Below, piece after piece: positions 49,870 to 59,937 of a stretch of 64,000 bases of DNA; within the stretch, counting starts at the first letter, position 1; each line of letters opens with the position of its first letter. The DNA comes from Calditrichales bacterium (lineage in GTDB: Bacteria > Calditrichota > Calditrichia > Calditrichales > J004), in assembly GCA_965267575.1 (NCBI GenBank), contig OZ254086.1, positions 3,168,001-3,232,000 of the forward strand, given 5' to 3'. Below the pieces are notes generated by a model. The model made no database searches. It worked only from the letters and a program-made list of their open reading frames with translations, and was not told the DNA's origin. Position numbers and translations under genes: made by a program.

Positions 49870-51156
49870 TTATATTCCCTGTTTTGTTTTTGCGGAGACA
49901 ATCCTAAATATCGCATACAGAACGATGCCGATCAAAACGGTGTAAAAAACGTCGCCAAGCTGCGATAGCCTGGCACTGTAGAGCAGGGCGATTGAAGCGG
50001 CGGCACCGACAAGGGCAAAAGCTACGCCGTAAGGTAGACGATATTGTGCGGGTGGTGCATCTTTCTTTTTGCGCAGCCGGATTAGGGCGATGCAAACAGC
50101 CAGAAATATCAACACTTTGCTGATGACGCTGATCGAAACGGCGTATATAAATGAGCCTGTCAGCGAGACCAACAGCGAAACAGCCGAAAAAACAAGCAAT
50201 GACGGCACCGGTGTACTGAATCGTTTATGCAAACGTGAAAAAACCTGTGGCAGCTGCTCTTCTTCACTCAGGGCAAAAGGCACACGCGAGCCAATCAGCA
50301 TGACGGCGTTTAATGTGCCGCCGATGGAAATAACCGCGCCGATTGTGATCAGGGTGCCGCCAAAGGGACCCATAAAAGCCTGCGCAGCATCCGTCAGCGG
50401 TTTTTCCGAAGCAGCCAGTTCCGGCAGCGTGCCAATACTGACCACCTGGATTAAGGCATAGAAAATGGCCACGAAAATGATCGAAGCGATTAAAGCAAAC
50501 GGGATATTTTTGCCGGGATGGCGCACCTCGCCCGTGTTGACAAGAACGGCTTCGAAACCTGTAAAGGCAAAGATCAGCACAAGTACCGTCGAAGCGAACG
50601 CGTCCGTATTTGGTGGAGCCTGCTGAAAGTCGATGAGCTGTGGATCGAGATAAAATAATCCCACCACGACAAAAATAAGCAACGGCAGGACCTTGGCAAC
50701 GGCCAGGGTATTACTAAGCAGTGTGGATTGCCTGACGCCCCGGTAGTTAACCAGTGTTAAAACGATTGTTATTGTTATGATGGCCGCAAACCGGAAGCCC
50801 GGCTGTATCAATGCCGGCAGGAAATGACCCAGGTAGGTTACGACCAGGTGGATAAGCGCGGCATAAGTGGCAAGGCGCGTTATAAGGATCAGCCAGCCGA
50901 TGATGAAGGCCGGTATTTTGCCGAAAGCGCTGAGTGTATACAAATAAGGCCCGCCGGTTTTGCTGAACCTGCTGGCCACTTCGGCGAAGTTGAAGACCAG
51001 GACGAGCACGATCGCGGCGCACACAAAAAGGGCCGCCAGGCTGTAAACTCCGGAAAGGGCAAATATCTTTGAGGGTAGACCAAAAATGCCGGCGCCGATG
51101 ATGCTGTTGATCATCAGCAGAAACAGGTCCCAGCGTTTGATTTCGCGTTTCAGCAT
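49870..51156 (-). CDS. APC-family amino acid permease
   Basis: IIGAGIF, GGPYLY, FAFTGFE; many TM helices. Confidence 0.92.
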   Translation of the reverse strand: MLKREIKRWDLFLLMINSIIGAGIFGLPSKIFALSGVYSLAALFVCAAIVLVLVFNFAEVASRFSKTGGPYLYTLSAFGKIPAFIIGWLILITRLATYAALIHLVVTYLGHFLPALIQPGFRFAAIITITIVLTLVNYRGVRQSTLLSNTLAVAKVLPLLIFVVVGLFYLDPQLIDFQQAPPNTDAFASTVLVLIFAFTGFEAVLVNTGEVRHPGKNIPFALIASIIFVAIFYALIQVVSIGTLPELAASEKPLTDAAQAFMGPFGGTLITIGAVISIGGTLNAVMLIGSRVPFALSEEEQLPQVFSRLHKRFSTPVPSLLVFSAVSLLVSLTGSFIYAVSISVISKVLIFLAVCIALIRLRKKKDAPPAQYRLPYGVAFALVGAAASIALLYSARLSQLGDVFYTVLIGIVLYAIFRIVSAKTKQGI

Positions 51157-51243
51157 TTGATTCGTTGTTTTATAGTGAGTAAATGTACCCGGCGGCAACA
51201 TATTTAGGTTGTTGGGTGGATTAAATCAAATCCGGGTTGGATG

Positions 51244-51480
51244 GCGTACCGACGGTACGCAGATTTAAATATATTCCTGTATTCTACCCATGTGTTGGCC
51301 CTATGGGACATTGGGTGTGAATATGCGCAGTAAGGTGCTTGCCTATCGCGTCGCAGCATGCTCATATTGTATTGGAAATTTCATTATTAATGATTTGCAA
51401 AAATCATCAGGTGTCCCAAAGGGACAAAACAGGGGTAGAAGGAAAAAATTATTTCTAACAGCGAGTGCCGTCAGGTACAC
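51244..51480. repeat. Inverted doublet of REP-like units (about 67 bp each)
   Basis: 51244-51310 and the reverse complement of 51412-51480 share GTACC(T)GACGG.AC...TTCTACCC.TGT.TTG.CCCT.TGGGACA. Confidence 0.75.
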
Positions 51481-51502
51481 GTTCCCGGTCACCACATCAG
51501 CG

Positions 51503-52222
51503 TCACGCTACGCCCACAAACAGCTCTCCGCGGCCAAACGGGTCATCCCGGGTGGAAGACTTAAAACCGCAGTTTTCAAGCAGATTCAGCCAGGTGACCC
51601 GAGGGAACAGGCCGCAGTTATGCCGGTCATGGATGGTTCTGACGCTGCCGTCCGCATCGCGCAGCAGGAAAGCGTAGTCCACGGTGTAAGTAGTGTCGGC
51701 GGGATCGGGGTCGTATTGCCACTCGAGGTAGCGCGCCGCACGCCGCGGGCCGTCATGGCCCCCGTGTTCGGTCAGCTCACGGAAGGTTTCGCGCACATTG
51801 TCGGGCGCCAGTAACAGTATGCCGCCGGGATTGAGGTGGCTTTTGGCGGTTTGGAATGTTTGACGCAGGTCCTGCTCCGTGAGCAGGTAATCCAGCGCGT
51901 CGTGGATAAACACGGCATCAAACGTGCGCTGCAACCGCAGCGTGCGCATGTCCCCCTCAATGTGCTCCAATTCGGGGTTGATAGATTGACTAAGCTTGAG
52001 CATTTCCGGAGAGATGTCGCTGAGGGTGAGCCGGAAGTGTTTTTTCATGTGGCAGGCGTTGTTGCCGCCGCCGCTGCCTAATTCCAACACGGTTTTAACG
52101 GGGCGTTCGGCGCCTTGCTTCAGGATGTCGCTGTAAAAAGCGGCTTCTTCTTCATAATCTTGCGGCGCGGTGACCAGGTGAAACCAGGGCGCCAGCTTGT
52201 CGTAGAGTTTGGGGTGGGGCAT
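51503..52222 (-). CDS. Class I SAM-dependent methyltransferase
   Basis: VLELGSGGG, SDIS, GDMR, LNPGG. Confidence 0.9.
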   Translation of the reverse strand: MPHPKLYDKLAPWFHLVTAPQDYEEEAAFYSDILKQGAERPVKTVLELGSGGGNNACHMKKHFRLTLSDISPEMLKLSQSINPELEHIEGDMRTLRLQRTFDAVFIHDALDYLLTEQDLRQTFQTAKSHLNPGGILLLAPDNVRETFRELTEHGGHDGPRRAARYLEWQYDPDPADTTYTVDYAFLLRDADGSVRTIHDRHNCGLFPRVTWLNLLENCGFKSSTRDDPFGRGELFVGVA

Positions 52223-52238
52223 GGTTTTTCGGGTCCTA

Positions 52239-52421
52239 TTAACCTGACAATTTTCCCAAATAAAAAGAAAGGCTTAGTAGTATGAGTAATGACGGTAAAA
52301 ATACTATCCAGAAAATAGAACGATCTTTTTTTGTGCCCTCCCAGGCAGGAGTAATTGTCCCAAGTAAAGGAATTGAAAGCAATAAAATAGCAACTATCGC
52401 CGCAATAAATTTCTCTACCAC
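52239..52421 (-). CDS. Small 2-TM protein
   Basis: 60-aa hydrophobic, AT-rich ORF. Confidence 0.4.
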   Translation of the reverse strand: MVEKFIAAIVAILLLSIPLLGTITPAWEGTKKDRSIFWIVFLPSLLILLSLSFYLGKLSG

Positions 52422-52469
52422 AAGATTTCTACAAGCATGTAGATCTTTACCTTAAGCATTCATGGGTTT

Positions 52470-53003
52470 CTATAAAATTATTTTAAGAAGTTTTACTAAA
52501 GAAACTAAAAGTAAGACAACCCATGTAACAAAGAAACCTCGAAATAGATATGTGTCTATTACTTTTCTTGTATGACCCTTTCCTTTTTCAGTTAGGTTTT
52601 TTAGAGCTTCTTCATTCACAATAATTTGTTCAAATTCGGATTCATCGATATCTTGCCTATGAAGCTTTTGATAAACTTTAAAACGTGTCAGATATTTTTT
52701 GCCATTACTAACATTTTTTTCTGCCTCAATAATTCTGTCATGCCAGTAATCTACGTCGTAACCTCTAGCCAAAATCACTTTACGAAATTTAAAAAGAGAA
52801 AAAACCGACAGAATAGCAATTACTAAAAATACAATAATTATTAGTATTGCCTCAAAAATCGTGTTTGTATTTATTATTGTAATTGTTAATCCTGTACCAA
52901 TTGCTATAAAAATCGATTGCATGTTAAGTTGAAAGTTTCTATAAGATTGCAAGAGGTTATCTTGAATAGCGGATTCAGTATAAAGATTATTAAGTTCAGA
53001 CAC
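52470..53003 (-). CDS. AT-rich 3-TM hypothetical protein
   Basis: 177-aa ORF with a TM hairpin and a C-terminal TM. Confidence 0.6.
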   Translation of the reverse strand: MSELNNLYTESAIQDNLLQSYRNFQLNMQSIFIAIGTGLTITIINTNTIFEAILIIIVFLVIAILSVFSLFKFRKVILARGYDVDYWHDRIIEAEKNVSNGKKYLTRFKVYQKLHRQDIDESEFEQIIVNEEALKNLTEKGKGHTRKVIDTYLFRGFFVTWVVLLLVSLVKLLKIIL

Positions 53004-53121
53004 ACTTATACCCTCGGATTAAGTTTTGTTGTCAAAAAGTAGCTTAATTATCGCGATAAGAATGGACAATTTAAGTTTTTTTGAAATACTTTTTGTAAAC
53101 ATAGTTTTTAGGAGGCTCATC

Positions 53122-55161
53122 ATGATTTCAAAATGGATATCACGAATTATCTTAACGTTTTTGTTGCTCGCGGGCACGGTATTCGCACAGCAAACCCACC
53201 CCTTCTCCATACATGATATGTTGGCCATGCAGCGCATTGGTGACCCGCAGGTGTCGCCGGATGGTAAGCAGGTAGCCTTTACCTTGCGCAGCACCGATCT
53301 GGAGGCCAACAAAGGCCGCAGCGACATCTGGCTGGTCAATGTAGATGGCAGCGGTTTAACACAACTTACTACGGACCCGGCCAACGACGTCAACCCGCGC
53401 TGGTTGCCCGATGGTTCGGGGATTGTCTTCCTGTCGTCGCGTTCCGGCAGCTACCAGGTGTGGCGCATGACGCCGGACGGTACGCCGCAGCAGGTGACCG
53501 ATCTGCCGCTGAGCGTGGGCAACCTCGTGGTCGCCCCCGATGGCAAAACCATCGCCTTTTCGATGAGTGTCTTCCCCGATTGCGAAACCATTGACTGCAC
53601 CGTGCAGCGTTTGGAAGAGATCAAGCAGCGCAAAGCCACGGGTATGATTTTTGACAAACTGTTTATCCGGCATTGGGATACCTGGAAAGACGGCCGTCGC
53701 TCGCACATGTTTACCATGCCGCTGGCCGGGGGTGATCCCTTGGATGTGATGGATAACATGGATGCCGATTCACCGTCGATGCCGTTTGGCGGGCCCGAAG
53801 AAATTGCCTTTACGCCGGACAGCAAAAGCCTGGTGTTTACCGCCCGCGATGCGGGCAGGGAAGAGGCCTGGTCGGTGGACTTTGATCTTTACGTTGTTCC
53901 CGTGGATGGCTCCGAAGCGCCGCGCTGCATCACTGAGGCCAACAAAGCCTGGGACACGCAGCCGGTTTTTTCGCCCGATGGTTCGACGCTGGCTTACCTG
54001 GCTATGGAGCGTCCCGGATTTGAAGCTGACCGTCTGCGCATTGTTCTGCGCGACTGGAATAGCGGCAAAGAGCGCGTGCTCACGCAGGATTGGGACCGTT
54101 CCGCTTCGGCCATTGTCTGGTCGGCAGATGGCAAAACAATCTACACCAACGCCGACAACCTGGGCCAGAAGTCGCTGTTTGCCATAGATGTAGCCACGGG
54201 CACGGTCGAAATCGTGCAGGAAAAAGGCACGGTGCGTTCCCCATCAGTTGCCGGGGACAAGCTCGTTTTTGGCATGGACCATCTGCGCTCGCCGGTTGAG
54301 TTGTACAGCATCAATCCTGATGGCAGCGGCCTGAAAGCGATTACCGCGATCAACGCCGGGCGCGTGGCTGCCGCGCGTATGGGCGAGCCGGAGCAGTTTA
54401 CGTTTAAAGGTTGGAACGATGAAACGGTCTACGCCTACATCGTCAAACCGGCTGATTTTGACCCGTCGAAAAAATATCCTGTGGCCTTCCTGATTCACGG
54501 CGGACCGCAGGGCTCTTTTGGCAACGATTTCCACTACCGCTGGAACCCGCAGGCCTATGCCGGTGCCGGTTATGCCGCTGTGATGGTCGACTTCCACGGC
54601 TCGGTTGGTTATGGGCAGGACTTCACCGACTCTATTCGTGAAGACTGGGGTGGCAAGCCGCTGGTGGATCTGCAAAAAGGTCTGGCTGCCGCGCTTGAAC
54701 GATACCCCTGGATGGACGGCGAACGCGTGGGGGCGCTGGGTGCTTCTTACGGCGGCTATATGATTAACTGGATTGCCGGCAACTGGCCCGATCGCTTTAA
54801 ATGCCTGGTAAACCACGATGGCAACCTGGATGAGCGCATGGCCTATTTTGACACGGAAGAGCTGTGGTTCCCTGAGTGGGAGCATGGCGGCACGCCCTGG
54901 GAAAATCCCGAAGGGTATGAAAAACACAACCCGGTCAATTTTGTAAAGAACTGGAAAACGCCGATGCTGGTGATTCACGGCGCGCTGGATTTCCGCGTGG
55001 TGGAAACGCAGGGTATGTCGACGTTTACGGCGCTGCAGCGCAAAGGCATCCCCAGCAAGTTTCTCTATTTCCCCGATGAAAACCACTGGGTGCTCAAGCC
55101 GCACAACAGCATCCAATGGCACGATACGGTTATTGGCTGGCTGGACCAGTGGGTGAAGTAG
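53122..55161 (+). CDS. S9-family peptidase (dipeptidyl-peptidase 5-like)
   Basis: AGGAGG RBS, signal peptide, PD40 propeller, IHGGPQ, GASYGG, DFRV, ENHWV. Confidence 0.93.
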   Translation: MISKWISRIILTFLLLAGTVFAQQTHPFSIHDMLAMQRIGDPQVSPDGKQVAFTLRSTDLEANKGRSDIWLVNVDGSGLTQLTTDPANDVNPRWLPDGSGIVFLSSRSGSYQVWRMTPDGTPQQVTDLPLSVGNLVVAPDGKTIAFSMSVFPDCETIDCTVQRLEEIKQRKATGMIFDKLFIRHWDTWKDGRRSHMFTMPLAGGDPLDVMDNMDADSPSMPFGGPEEIAFTPDSKSLVFTARDAGREEAWSVDFDLYVVPVDGSEAPRCITEANKAWDTQPVFSPDGSTLAYLAMERPGFEADRLRIVLRDWNSGKERVLTQDWDRSASAIVWSADGKTIYTNADNLGQKSLFAIDVATGTVEIVQEKGTVRSPSVAGDKLVFGMDHLRSPVELYSINPDGSGLKAITAINAGRVAAARMGEPEQFTFKGWNDETVYAYIVKPADFDPSKKYPVAFLIHGGPQGSFGNDFHYRWNPQAYAGAGYAAVMVDFHGSVGYGQDFTDSIREDWGGKPLVDLQKGLAAALERYPWMDGERVGALGASYGGYMINWIAGNWPDRFKCLVNHDGNLDERMAYFDTEELWFPEWEHGGTPWENPEGYEKHNPVNFVKNWKTPMLVIHGALDFRVVETQGMSTFTALQRKGIPSKFLYFPDENHWVLKPHNSIQWHDTVIGWLDQWVK

Positions 55162-55162
55162 G

Positions 55163-55482
55163 AGTGTGCGAGCGTGTTAGTGTGCTTGAGTGTTAAGGTT
55201 TTCAGGCTTTTAGGTGTTCAGGTCTTGATCTTGCTCATGATCTCGATCCTGATCTAAATATTTCTGTCATCTCGAACGGATGTTGTGAGAGATCTGGGAA
55301 GCTCCTTAGTCATACTCTCTCACTTTTTCATGGATATCCCGGTTGGCTTTATGCCACACCGGGATTTTTTTCCTTTAATAGATAGTAAAGTGGTCAAATG
55401 CGTATCCCAGATCTCTCACATGCGTTCGAGATAACAAACGGTCGGAGCACTCTAACACCATAACACATTAACACTCTAACAC
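55163..55482. repeat. Nested composite repeat between convergent genes
   Basis: GTGTT octamers, CnTGAT hexamers, inverted arms 55265-55299 and 55405-55436, inner ATCCCGG hairpin, reverse AACAC octamers. Confidence 0.85.
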
Positions 55483-55490
55483 GTCTTTCA

Positions 55491-56684
55491 CTATTTTAGC
55501 TGCAGCATCATCACTTCCGCCGGCGCGCCGTAGCGCAACGGGGCCAGGGTGAGGCCCACGCCGTTGCTGACCGCAACGTTGAGCTGTTCAAGTTGGAAAA
55601 TGCCGCTGTAAAAGCGGGTCTCAAAGCGGCTGGGCGTTACCTCAATGCCCAGCGGGTGAAACACCACCTGCCCTCCGTGGGTATGTCCGGCCATGAACAG
55701 ATCGTAGCCCTGGCGGGCAGCTTCTTCCACAATAAACTGTGCCGGTTGGTGCACCAGCAGAATACGGTAATCCGCATCCGGAGCGGTTTTGAGTAAGTCG
55801 GTTAAAGAGTCGGGTTTTATGCGCCGGCTGTAGATGTGGGTTACACCGGTTACAAGAACACGCTTGCCGTTGTGCTGAAAAACGTAGTGCTTGTTATCAA
55901 GAAAGCGCCAGCCGCGTGCATTCAGTCCCTGTGCAATACTTTGCGGGTCAGCCCAGAAATCATGGTCCCCTAAAACGGCAATCTTTTCACGGGTCTTGTC
56001 ATTTTGCATCGATTGCAGTCCGGCCGAGATGAATTCGGTTCCGGATGTCACCAGGTCTCCGGCAAACATCACAATATCGGGCGGCGTTTTTTCCAGCAGA
56101 TCGCCTACCTGCTGCATTTTGTTATCACCGGTATAGCGGTCCAGCTGCAGGTCGGCCAGCAAACCGATCTGCAAGCCACTTAACGCTTCGGCCCTGCCGG
56201 AAAGCTCAATTTCCTGCGTATTGAGGCGTACGATATTGGTGTGGTACCAGGCTTGTATCGGCACGAAAACAATCATGCCTAAAAGCCAGCCCGTTTTTAC
56301 CCAGGCCAGGCCGTTGACCCAGCGCGGTTGCTTGTAGAGTATCTTGCTTATGCCCGCGCCCAGATCGGCCAGCAGGTAAACCGGCAGTACTTCCATGATC
56401 ACGATAACACCGATCCAGAAAGGATAATGGAAAACTATGTCCTGCCACACGGGCTTTGTGTTAAATACAAACAAACTGTTCAGGTTGCCGGAAATATAAG
56501 TGCCATAATAGATAACAGGAAGGGCGTAAAACCAAAGGACGATCAGTGTGAAAACCAATCCCAGCTGGCGGCGGGAAAGCGGCAGGGTACGGCTGAGCGC
56601 GTTGCTCCCGCTAAGCCACATATAAATGATCTCCGGCAGCATGATCAGCGATACAAATACGACGTTACGAATGGTCCAGGGCAT
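55491..56684 (-). CDS. Membrane-anchored metallophosphoesterase
   Basis: N-terminal TMs; DLQ, GDL, GDHD, HQP, GHTHGGQ. Confidence 0.88.
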   Translation of the reverse strand: MPWTIRNVVFVSLIMLPEIIYMWLSGSNALSRTLPLSRRQLGLVFTLIVLWFYALPVIYYGTYISGNLNSLFVFNTKPVWQDIVFHYPFWIGVIVIMEVLPVYLLADLGAGISKILYKQPRWVNGLAWVKTGWLLGMIVFVPIQAWYHTNIVRLNTQEIELSGRAEALSGLQIGLLADLQLDRYTGDNKMQQVGDLLEKTPPDIVMFAGDLVTSGTEFISAGLQSMQNDKTREKIAVLGDHDFWADPQSIAQGLNARGWRFLDNKHYVFQHNGKRVLVTGVTHIYSRRIKPDSLTDLLKTAPDADYRILLVHQPAQFIVEEAARQGYDLFMAGHTHGGQVVFHPLGIEVTPSRFETRFYSGIFQLEQLNVAVSNGVGLTLAPLRYGAPAEVMMLQLK

Positions 56685-56691
56685 GATGTAT

Positions 56692-56851
56692 GTGCTAAAG
56701 TGTTAGTGTGTTAATGTGCTCGGGTGTTCAGGGTTTATGTTTTCATCTTGATCGTGATCATGCTCCTGATCCTGATCTTCTTTACCAATTGTGGCGATCC
56801 CGGTGTTGGCTGGCTGCCAAACCCCGATAAATCGGGACAGGCCGGGATGAC
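56692..56851. repeat. Composite intergenic repeat: octamers, hexamers and GATCCCGG...CCGGGATGAC hairpin
   Basis: Same modules as at 33650 and 55163. Confidence 0.85.
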
Positions 56852-56872
56852 CTGTATTTTCCCGTATTTTTC

Positions 56873-57169
56873 TTAGAGCAGCTTTTTCACGCTGTCTACT
56901 TTGTCATCCAAACCTTGTTCTTTATCTGTGCGCGTACCCAGTTTTACCGTGGTTGTAATGCGCGGCGCGCCCATTTCATGAAGGCGCTGATGACATCGTT
57001 TTAACGACTGGAACACCTCTTCCCATTCCCCCTCGATATTTGTACCGTAAGCGTGCAGGGCGTGCTTTAGACCCATCTCCTTAAAAACTTTCTCACATTC
57101 GGCAACATATTTGGAAATCGAAACGCCGACTCCCACGGGAACTATGCTAAAATCCGCCATTACTTTCAT
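56873..57169 (-). CDS. MTH1187/YkoF-family thiamine-binding protein
   Basis: FSIVPVG, SISKYVA, GTNIEGEW, GTRTDK. Confidence 0.88.
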   Translation of the reverse strand: MKVMADFSIVPVGVGVSISKYVAECEKVFKEMGLKHALHAYGTNIEGEWEEVFQSLKRCHQRLHEMGAPRITTTVKLGTRTDKEQGLDDKVDSVKKLL

Positions 57170-57249
57170 GTTACATCCTCCTTTGTAAAACCTGTTTTAA
57201 AAACAAGCACTAAAACCGCCGCGGAGACTGTAATTTCATTAACATTAGT

Positions 57250-57957
57250 CTAATGCTTTTCCCAATAGCCCCAGTCCGATTCGCGCACCCGCTCGGCACG
57301 CCAGCCGGTAAACAGGTAAAAAGCTCTTAGTGCACCATGCCAGAATTTTTTTACAACCCCGCGCTCCAGGCGACGATGATCTGTTTCGTAGACTTTTAGC
57401 ATGCCTTTGTAGGGCACTTTCCAGCCGGCCTTTTTGATGCGTATCAGGATATCGCTGTCCTCGCTGTGCGCCAGCCGTTCATCGAATCCGCCTGTTTCCG
57501 TAAGCGCCTTGCGACGGATCAGCATATTGGAGCCGCTGCCGATGGGGATGCCAAACCAGGACATCACGCGCATGGCGGCACTGTAGCAACGGTAATAAGC
57601 GCGATATTTCCTGCGGCTCAGCTTGGCGCCCATGATAGCCCCGACATTGGCAGAAATTTCCAGCTTTTGCAGCTTCGCAAAATATTTTTTGTCGAATGCC
57701 ATATCGGCATCGCTGTATAGCAGCCATTCGCTTGCGGCATGGTCGGCGCCACGCTGTCGGGCCAGCGGGATATTGCCGGGTTCACGCAATACAATCGTAT
57801 TTTGCGGGCGTATTTTTTTAATGACCGTTTCCGTCTCGTCATCACTGGCATCTACAACAATCAGCGTCAGCTCCGGCGGCAAAGTTTGCAGAAAGCTTTG
57901 TATGTTTTGCGCTTCGTTTTTTGTCGGAACGATCAGCGTGATATCATCCGGTTTCAT
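57250..57957 (-). CDS. Glycosyltransferase family 2
   Basis: IVPTKNE, VVD, DAD, GGFDE, ED. Confidence 0.88.
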   Translation of the reverse strand: MKPDDITLIVPTKNEAQNIQSFLQTLPPELTLIVVDASDDETETVIKKIRPQNTIVLREPGNIPLARQRGADHAASEWLLYSDADMAFDKKYFAKLQKLEISANVGAIMGAKLSRRKYRAYYRCYSAAMRVMSWFGIPIGSGSNMLIRRKALTETGGFDERLAHSEDSDILIRIKKAGWKVPYKGMLKVYETDHRRLERGVVKKFWHGALRAFYLFTGWRAERVRESDWGYWEKH

Positions 57958-59802
57958 CTATTCATCTCTCGCAATGATGGCGTAGGAAAAACCCGCTTTG
58001 AACCAGCGTCCCGGCATAGGCACCCCCGGGATATCCTGGTATGATAGGTCCCCCAAATTGGTCACATCGATATAAATATTCAGCCCGTTGCCGTTGTTGT
58101 AATTTATGCGCGCGTCGCCCAGGAAATGGTCGCCACTGTTTAAACGATCTTCAAAGCGTGCCCGCCAATGCAGCGACAGTGCAGGCCAGAAGGGTAGCTG
58201 ATGGTCCAACCCCACGGTGGCCTGCGTGCGGAAATGGGTCAGCGTATAGCGCGAAATAAAACCGGGTTTATCCAGATCGGAATCCAGCCGGGTGACACGG
58301 GCAAACACCCTGTTTATAAAGCCGCCATTTGGAAAAAACTGAGCGTTTCCTTCCAGGCCGTTGGTCTGCATTGCCGTGATGTTCTGCGCCTCATACATAT
58401 CGTCCGCCGGATCCAGTACAAAATCAATCAGGTTTTCGCTGTTACGGTAAAAAAAGGTGCCTCCCAGTTGCAGTGGCCCGAGCGTGGCGCTAAAACCGCC
58501 TTCAATATTTTCTGATTTTTCTGACTCCAGTGCGGCGTTGCCGGAAGTGACCGGGTCATTGTAATAAAGCTCTGTATAAGTGGGAACCCGGAAGCCCTGG
58601 GCATAGCTGGCGAAAAAATGCAGATTTTCGGTCAGGCCGAGATTGACATCCAGACCGGGCCAGGCCTGCCACTCTTCCGTGCTGTATTTATAGGCCGAAA
58701 CGCCCGCCGCAAAACTGAACGGATCAAGCTCAAATTGCTGCTGGAAAAACGTACCGAGCGTTGAACGTGTATGCCGCCCCAGGTTATTGCTTTTAATGCC
58801 CTGGACAGACCATTCCAGGCCAATGGTGCTGACACCCAGCGCCGAATAATAACTCAGGTGTGCGTCATTGCTGAAACCCTGCGTCAGGTGTGTGTTCTGG
58901 TAAAAGGCGGGATCGCTGCGCACCAGCCGGAAAATATCACGGTGTTCGCGCCAGCCGCTGTTGGCCTGCAAGCGCCATTTTCTGGAGATAAAGCTTCCCG
59001 TGGCCTGCACGTACCACACTTCGATCTCTTCGTATTGTTCGGGAAAACGCGTCGTGTAGAAACTGTTGGCGCCAAATTGTTTGTCGCTGTAGCCGCTTGC
59101 CGCGGAGATGGTAATGTCGTCAAACTCAAACGTGGAGTTGTGTGAGATTGTCGTATTCAGAAAATCGGTGTTGGGCCGGTAGCCGTCGCTGCTGCCGCGT
59201 GATGCCGAAATGCGGTGCTTGCCGGCGCCCCAGGGGTAAAAAGCGGAAAGACCGGCATCATTCAGGTTATGTTCTCCCAGCATGCTGAACAGGCGCACCC
59301 CCGGTTTCTCACCCTTGCGGGTAATGATGTTGATAACCCCGCCAAAAGCATTAGGGCCGTATAAGCGCGATCCCGGACCGCGCAAAACTTCTATCCGCGC
59401 GATATCGTTTACATGCACGGGAATATTCATATTATGATGCCCGGTCTGCGGGTCGTTCATTTTTACGCCATCCAGCAAAATCAGGGTTTGCTCAAAGCCG
59501 GCGCCGCGGATGCTGACATCCGCCTGTATGCCTTGTGTGCCGCGTTGCTGCACATCTACGCCGGCGGCATATTCCAGCACTTCCGGCAACGACTGCACCG
59601 GCATCAGCCGGATGTCCTTTGCCTTTATTACTTCAACGCTGCGCGCCACATCCGCGAAAACCACAGGCAGTTTTGTGGCTGTGATAACAATATCTTCGTC
59701 CAGGTCATACACCTGTAAAGTGTCTTCCGGCGTATCTAAAGCCTGCCCTGTTTTTAAGAGTAGAACAAACAGGAAAATCAATGCGGGGAATAGTTTTCTC
59801 AT
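57958..59802 (-). CDS. TonB-dependent outer-membrane receptor
   Basis: DIVITAT TonB box, SIRG, RIEVLRGPGS.LYG, GGVINIIT, PGR near the C-terminus. Confidence 0.92.
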   Translation of the reverse strand: MRKLFPALIFLFVLLLKTGQALDTPEDTLQVYDLDEDIVITATKLPVVFADVARSVEVIKAKDIRLMPVQSLPEVLEYAAGVDVQQRGTQGIQADVSIRGAGFEQTLILLDGVKMNDPQTGHHNMNIPVHVNDIARIEVLRGPGSRLYGPNAFGGVINIITRKGEKPGVRLFSMLGEHNLNDAGLSAFYPWGAGKHRISASRGSSDGYRPNTDFLNTTISHNSTFEFDDITISAASGYSDKQFGANSFYTTRFPEQYEEIEVWYVQATGSFISRKWRLQANSGWREHRDIFRLVRSDPAFYQNTHLTQGFSNDAHLSYYSALGVSTIGLEWSVQGIKSNNLGRHTRSTLGTFFQQQFELDPFSFAAGVSAYKYSTEEWQAWPGLDVNLGLTENLHFFASYAQGFRVPTYTELYYNDPVTSGNAALESEKSENIEGGFSATLGPLQLGGTFFYRNSENLIDFVLDPADDMYEAQNITAMQTNGLEGNAQFFPNGGFINRVFARVTRLDSDLDKPGFISRYTLTHFRTQATVGLDHQLPFWPALSLHWRARFEDRLNSGDHFLGDARINYNNGNGLNIYIDVTNLGDLSYQDIPGVPMPGRWFKAGFSYAIIARDE

Positions 59803-59937
59803 GGTTTAAACGGGGTCTTTGTTTTACGTATGCGCTAAACTACGCATTAAAAAAAATCGATTCCACGCGCATTAAAAAAATTTGTTTTTATCAACCGCTT
59901 TGTTCATGTTCTGCCAACCGCCACCAAAAGATCCGAT

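Noticed and set aside
51290..51814. 174-aa plus-strand ORF
   Set aside because: Runs through a repeat element and antisense to the methyltransferase gene
59803..59937. Cobalamin or TPP riboswitch, or BirA operator
   Set aside because: The short AT-rich spacer lacks the conserved motifs
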